Shown piece after piece: positions 58,169 through 64,000 of a stretch of 64,000 nucleotides of DNA (the stretch's first letter is position 1; each line of letters starts with the position of its first letter). Source of the DNA: an uncultured delta proteobacterium (lineage in GTDB: Bacteria; Desulfobacterota; BSN033; UBA1163); assembly GCA_963827685.1 (NCBI GenBank), contig CAWHBU010000005.1, forward strand, positions 160,001-224,000, written 5' to 3'. A model generated the notes under the pieces. The model searched no databases. It was not told where the DNA came from and saw only the letters and a program-made list of their open reading frames with translations. Both the position numbers and the translations under genes were made by a program.

Positions 58169-59656
58169 TTAGGTTTCTTCCAAATACTTCCTCTTTAACC
58201 TTTTCGCCAATCCTTTCACAATCCCTCTAAGGACTTCTTCCCCAAATTTCTCCCTGATTATCCTTTGATATCTTTCACTGCTATAATACTTTACATACGC
58301 TTCATCGCGGAACCTCAAAACCTCCGCGCTCGTCAGATATTTGGTAGGAAGAGGCAAATGTTCATAAGAATAAGGGGAATAGCCTGCCCAGGTTTCAGGC
58401 AACCTCCATCCTTCAGTTACTGCCTGGTCATAGAGGGGGCTGCCAGGGTAAGCCGTAGCACAGTAAAGGTTCATAAACTCACAGTTCAATTCCATGGCCA
58501 GATCGAGGGTATCCTGCATGGAATTCAAGTCATCCTCAGGCAAGCCAACGATATAGTTACCTATTACATTTATACCTATCTCTTGTGTTAGTTTCACCAC
58601 CTGTTTTATCTTTTCTACTGTAATCCCCTTGGTAACACTCTTCAATATCCTGTCGTTTCCAGACTCAATTCCGTAAGCAAGCCATGTGAACCCTGCCTCT
58701 TTGAGCTTCCGGAGCAATCTTTCATTCACTGTATTGATCCTTGCATAAGCCCAGATATTCAGTTTATAAGGTCTCTCGATGATCAAGTCGCAGATCTTCA
58801 AAACGTGTCTCTCGTTGAGCACGAACATTTCATCTATGATCTTTATATTCCTAACGCCATAGGCATTCACCAAAAGGTCTACTTCTTCCACGACTTTTTC
58901 TGGACTTCTGTGCCGGATACCGGGTCCACCAAATAGCGCACTGATACAGCAGAAATGGCACTTAAAGGGGCAGCCCAGGCTTGTATAGATGACAGCGTAG
59001 GGCTCTCTTCTCTGGCCCGGTTCCTGGAAACAGTGCCAGTTGTGGGCCCTGTATCGTTCCATGGGTAGCAAATCCCAGGAGACATAAGGGAGTTCTTCAT
59101 CAAGGTCGTGGATAAGAGGGGCCCTTTCGTTTCCTATGATTTCTCCATCCTTACGATACCAGAGCCCCTTTATATCAAATACCTTCTTTTCGTAATCTCG
59201 TTTCAGGATTTCGACAAGTTCTGAAAAGGTATAGAACCCCTCGCCTTCGCAGACAAAATCTGTCCTCTCTTCTTTCATTGTTCTCTTAGGCAATGCACTA
59301 GGATGGAGTCCCGAAACAACTGTCTTGACAGTTAAATCTCTTTTGTGAATCTCTTCGAGAATTGCTCTCACACCGAGCATATTCATCGTTGATGCGGACG
59401 GATTGGTTCCTGAAACAACGATTCCAACAAGGATGGGATTTATTTCGGAGATTCTTTCAACCACACTGGAAGGACTCAACCTCTCCGCTTCTGCATCAAT
59501 GACCTTAACGACAAGCCCCTTCTTCCGAAGGAAAGTGGCCATGAGCCCAGCCCATAAAGGCGGTTCAATGGCGGTCAGGGAGTTGGCACTTAGCTCGCCG
59601 TATAACTCTTTCTGACTGCCGGGTTTGATCAGAAGAATGTCAGGCCTGCCCTTCAT
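58169..59656 (-). CDS. Cobalamin-binding radical SAM protein
   Basis: GLHPSA, CEGEG, LGCPFKCHFC, YGIESG. Confidence 0.9.
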   Translation of the reverse strand: MKGRPDILLIKPGSQKELYGELSANSLTAIEPPLWAGLMATFLRKKGLVVKVIDAEAERLSPSSVVERISEINPILVGIVVSGTNPSASTMNMLGVRAILEEIHKRDLTVKTVVSGLHPSALPKRTMKEERTDFVCEGEGFYTFSELVEILKRDYEKKVFDIKGLWYRKDGEIIGNERAPLIHDLDEELPYVSWDLLPMERYRAHNWHCFQEPGQRREPYAVIYTSLGCPFKCHFCCISALFGGPGIRHRSPEKVVEEVDLLVNAYGVRNIKIIDEMFVLNERHVLKICDLIIERPYKLNIWAYARINTVNERLLRKLKEAGFTWLAYGIESGNDRILKSVTKGITVEKIKQVVKLTQEIGINVIGNYIVGLPEDDLNSMQDTLDLAMELNCEFMNLYCATAYPGSPLYDQAVTEGWRLPETWAGYSPYSYEHLPLPTKYLTSAEVLRFRDEAYVKYYSSERYQRIIREKFGEEVLRGIVKGLAKRLKRKYLEET

Positions 59657-60376
59657 TTCTTATCTTCTCTGAAGTAATTCTTAGCTATCGCAAGCCTTTC
59701 GGGGGTCCCTATGTCAAGGAGTCTTTTTTCGGTAACGTATCCATATAAACCTTTATCTAAAACTTCTGGGAAGAGGTCGTACTCCAGTGACAGTTTCTGA
59801 CCCGATGGTATCTCTTTGAGTATCTTTTTATCAAAGACATACATACCGGCATTGATAAGATCATTTCCATTTACGGGGATTTTTTCACCAAAGCTAATGA
59901 TCTTTTGATCTCCATCCAATCTGATTACTCCATACTCTACAGGGGTTTCCATTGTGGTCACGGCAATCGATATTAGAGGCTCCTTTTCCAATATGGAACT
60001 TGATGAAATCCTCTATGTCTATTTCACACAGAGAATCACCATTTAAAACCAAAAACATATCGCTCTCTATAAACGATTCTGCGTTCTTTATTGCACCTGC
60101 AGTTCCCAGAGGTTGATCTTCGTCGGATACCACGAAGATCAACCTCCCTCTCTTATTCTTGTAATACCTTTTAATCAAATCCCCTTTAAAACCCGTACAG
60201 AGGATGAAATGAGTGAAACCATAACGCGCCACGTAATCTACCAGGATGTCCAGAAAGGGCCTGCCGCTTATCTCTGCCATTGATTTGGGACGGTCACCGA
60301 CGACATCTCTTAGCCTCATCCCCAGACCACCACAGAGAATGATCACATCCATATCCTTAGTCCTAATTTTTCTCAT
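59653..60376 (-). pseudogene. HddC-like nucleotidyltransferase split by a 1-nt frameshift near 59978
   Basis: ILCGGLGMRLR...GTAGA...LNGDS (59894-60376) continues as LISIAV...YGVI...INAGMY...DIGTPE in another frame. Confidence 0.8.
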
Positions 60377-60383
60377 GTGATTT

Positions 60384-61385
60384 TTAATATCTCGGCGTAA
60401 TATTCGGTTCATAGACCACGATCTGGCTGCCATGGGCTTCAAATCTGAAAGGAACTCGGAGAAGTTTGCGTAGCTTTTGTTTGATCGATGGCTGATCCTC
60501 AGGTCTTGCAAATAAAAGCATAAAACCACCTCCACCGGCACCCAACAACTTTCCGCCTACAGCCCCCGCCTCTCTCGCCGCCTCGTATATCTCATCGATC
60601 TGAGCAGTGGATATCTTTTCACTTAAGCTCCGTTTGAGTGTCCAGGCCTCATGCAACATCCTTCCAAACTCGGTCACATCAGTGCTACTGTTGAGAACAG
60701 ATATCACCTCATCTACCATCTGCTGTATCAAGGTGAGTTCTTGTTTCTTCTTCGGAGTGTTCTCGATCTGCGCCTTGGCGACTTCAGAGGAAAACCTGGA
60801 AAAACCTGTAAAATAAAGCATCAAATGGTCCTGCAACAATTGTAGCCTTTCTTTGCCGAGGGTGATGGGTGTCACCTGGAAGTCGCCATCTTTATTAAAT
60901 GCTATCTTATTAAATCCCCCTATAGCGGCAACCACCTGATCCTGGGTACCCACATTTTCTTTAAGTAAGGTCCTCTCAATATGGATCGCCTCCATAGCTA
61001 ATTGCATCTTGGTCGGCATGATCCCCTTCAAGGCATAGAGCGTGTGGAGGATCCCTACGGTAAATGAGGAACTGGAGCCTATGCCGGTCCTTGCAGGCAG
61101 ATCCCCGTCGTGGTGTATCTCCACTCCCTCTTCGATCTTCATATATTCCAACGCTGCCTTGACGGCAGGATGGATAATTTCTGAGGTTTCTTTCACATTC
61201 TCGACCCTGGAATATACAATCCTGTGTTTATGGTCAAAGAATGGAGGCAAATACCTGCAACTGATATAGCAGTACTTGTCAATACTTGTGGCCAGAACCG
61301 CACCACCACTCTCTTTAAACCAGGCAGGATAGTCTGTTCCACCGCCAAAAAAGGAGACTCTAAAAGGCGTTCTACTGATAATCAT
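60384..61385 (-). CDS. hddA: GHMP kinase, heptose-7-phosphate kinase-like (second copy)
   Basis: TPFRVSFFGGGTDYP, PARTGIGSSS, GKLLGAGGGGF. Confidence 0.8.
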   Translation of the reverse strand: MIISRTPFRVSFFGGGTDYPAWFKESGGAVLATSIDKYCYISCRYLPPFFDHKHRIVYSRVENVKETSEIIHPAVKAALEYMKIEEGVEIHHDGDLPARTGIGSSSSFTVGILHTLYALKGIMPTKMQLAMEAIHIERTLLKENVGTQDQVVAAIGGFNKIAFNKDGDFQVTPITLGKERLQLLQDHLMLYFTGFSRFSSEVAKAQIENTPKKKQELTLIQQMVDEVISVLNSSTDVTEFGRMLHEAWTLKRSLSEKISTAQIDEIYEAAREAGAVGGKLLGAGGGGFMLLFARPEDQPSIKQKLRKLLRVPFRFEAHGSQIVVYEPNITPRY

Positions 61386-61395
61386 AACCTGCTCT

Positions 61396-62349
<954 letters not shown>

Positions 62350-63312
62350 TTAGAATACCGCCTTACATGCTTCAATGGTTTTGATAACACTTTTTTCATC
62401 TAAATGATTTAACTGATGGAGGTGCTCTCTGCTTCCCATGTCAAAGACATAGGCATCCCCAAATCCCATTCTCTTCAATCTTACCTTTGAATCCTTTCGA
62501 TCGATGGCACTGGCAACCAAACTATCTAATCCGCCCTTGTTGATAAAGGCTTCTTCAAGAGTGATCACCCAATCATATTGATTCAATACTTCAAGGAATG
62601 ATGCTTCATTTAAAGGCTTCAACATAAAAATATCGATCACTCCAATCTTAGTGGGGCTATCTTTGAGCAAGTGTGCCACTTTGATGGCTTTATGGGTCAT
62701 AATACCCGTTGAGACGAGGCATATCTTTTCACCTTTGACCAACTCCTTAAATCCGTTTAGGAAATCCAAATCCTCGATGTGAGAATAAATTGGCAGTAAA
62801 GGTTTTCCGTCAAACCTGAGATACTTAGGTTTTTTTACTCTAACAGAATAATCGACAAATTTTCCAGCTAATTTCCAATCACTGGGTGAAAATAAAACAA
62901 GGTGCGGCAGAGCTCTCATGATAGTAATATCTTCAAGACAATGATGCGTAGGTCCAGATACGTCATAGCTTAACCCTGCACCCACTCCAATTAAATTGAC
63001 ATTGATCTCTTTTAATTGCGCATGGAGTGATAGATTGATTCGTATCTGCTCATAGGCTCTCATGGTTAAAAACGGAGCGATTGCATAGGCATAAACCGTG
63101 AACCCCTCTAAGGCCAAACCCGTGGAGATATTGATAAGATTTTGTTCTGCAATCCCGACATTAATAAATCTATCTTTAAACTTTTCCCTGAGCCTATCAA
63201 GCTTTGGCGATCCAAAATCAGCGGAGACAAAAAATAAGGTCGAGTCTTTGTGCATTCGATTGTAAATCCCCTCGATAAATACGTCTCTCATCGTTCTTGT
63301 TTCAGCCTTCAT
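62350..63312 (-). CDS. Transketolase-like, C-terminal (pyrimidine-binding) subunit
   Basis: NVGIAEQN, RAYEQIR, GPTHH. Confidence 0.88.
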   Translation of the reverse strand: MKAETRTMRDVFIEGIYNRMHKDSTLFFVSADFGSPKLDRLREKFKDRFINVGIAEQNLINISTGLALEGFTVYAYAIAPFLTMRAYEQIRINLSLHAQLKEINVNLIGVGAGLSYDVSGPTHHCLEDITIMRALPHLVLFSPSDWKLAGKFVDYSVRVKKPKYLRFDGKPLLPIYSHIEDLDFLNGFKELVKGEKICLVSTGIMTHKAIKVAHLLKDSPTKIGVIDIFMLKPLNEASFLEVLNQYDWVITLEEAFINKGGLDSLVASAIDRKDSKVRLKRMGFGDAYVFDMGSREHLHQLNHLDEKSVIKTIEACKAVF

Positions 63313-64000
63313 TTCAATTCCGCAAGGATGGCATCTATTTCTTCTGCCTTCAGATTCTTTACATGGCTTAATGGATCTGTTTCAAGGCTGGGGACGCCCT
63401 TTCCCTTTATAGTATGGGCGATCAATACCTTAGGTTTATCCTCATTGTCTTCTTTCAATGCCACTAAAGCATTATAGAGGGAATAAACATCATGCCCATC
63501 CACTGTCTCCGCCTTCCATTTAAAAACTCTGAATTTCTCATCGAGAGGGCTTAAATCGATCACATTCCTGCAGTAATCAAGCATGCAGACTTTATTGTGA
63601 TCAATGATAACGATTAGATTATCCAATCTGTGTTCACCGGCAAACATCACTGCTTCCCATATTGAACCTTCGAACAATTCTCCATCGCCAAGAAGGACAA
63701 ACACCTTCTCGCTTCTCTCTTTTCTTTTTAATGCCAAGGATATGCCGCAAGCCACTCCAAGGCCGTGGCCCAAAGCACCATTGGTTGTTTCAAATCCAGG
63801 GATGATGCAATCTGGAATGCATCCTAAAAATGAACCTTCCTGCCCTACCCTGCCCAGTTCCTCTTTATTAAAATACCCCACATCTGCCAGGATGGGATAG
63901 AAGCAGATGGCTCCGTGTCCTTTGCTGATAATCAGCCTGTCTCTCTTTTCCCACCTGAGATTCGTTGGATCAAAATTTATGATCTTGCCATAATATAATG
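63309..64000 (-). CDS. Transketolase-like, N-terminal (TPP-binding) subunit, 5' end outside window
   Basis: Frame open to the edge: RDRLIISKGH...GALGHG...GDGELFEGSIWEA...VDGHD...HTIKGKG. Confidence 0.9.
   Translation of the reverse strand, partial: LYYGKIINFDPTNLRWEKRDRLIISKGHGAICFYPILADVGYFNKEELGRVGQEGSFLGCIPDCIIPGFETTNGALGHGLGVACGISLALKRKERSEKVFVLLGDGELFEGSIWEAVMFAGEHRLDNLIVIIDHNKVCMLDYCRNVIDLSPLDEKFRVFKWKAETVDGHDVYSLYNALVALKEDNEDKPKVLIAHTIKGKGVPSLETDPLSHVKNLKAEEIDAILAELK

Overview
A 64-kb bacterial chromosomal segment, almost all on the minus strand. The gene orders xerC-hslV-hslU-argB-argD-argG and leuS-lptE-(...)-holA-rpsT-murJ suggest a Desulfobacterota/deltaproteobacterium (inference). 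From left to right it holds four blocks. (1) A ~26-kb surface-polysaccharide locus: Wzz, a NusG/RfaH paralogue, Gmd, a Wzy/ligase, GT4s, a MurJ-like flippase, methyltransferases, two B12-radical SAM enzymes, a priming transferase and a GmhA/GmhB/HddA/HddC heptose module, interrupted by an intact IS3-family element. (2) A degenerate histidine kinase, an FAD oxidoreductase, murJ, rpsT and holA. (3) A ~6.7-kb block between lptE and holA (single-chain R-M enzyme, THUMP methyltransferase, small-protein/nucleotidyltransferase pair, epmA, efp), then leuS, arg genes, hslUV, xerC and dodecin. (4) A second sugar-nucleotide/O-acetylation locus running off the right edge. The most striking unexplained structure is non-coding. 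Two four-helix-bundle (IVS/Avd-like) genes each sit between inverted arms of five phased 7- or 8-nt units, placed between the upstream stop and the downstream RBS/start. The same architecture, usually five units per arm, recurs without a gene at several other operon junctions. Nested GC-rich palindromes and a 129-bp MITE with an 8-bp TSD are also present. No tRNA, rRNA, CRISPR array or reverse transcriptase was seen. All calls come from reading the sequence; no searches were run.
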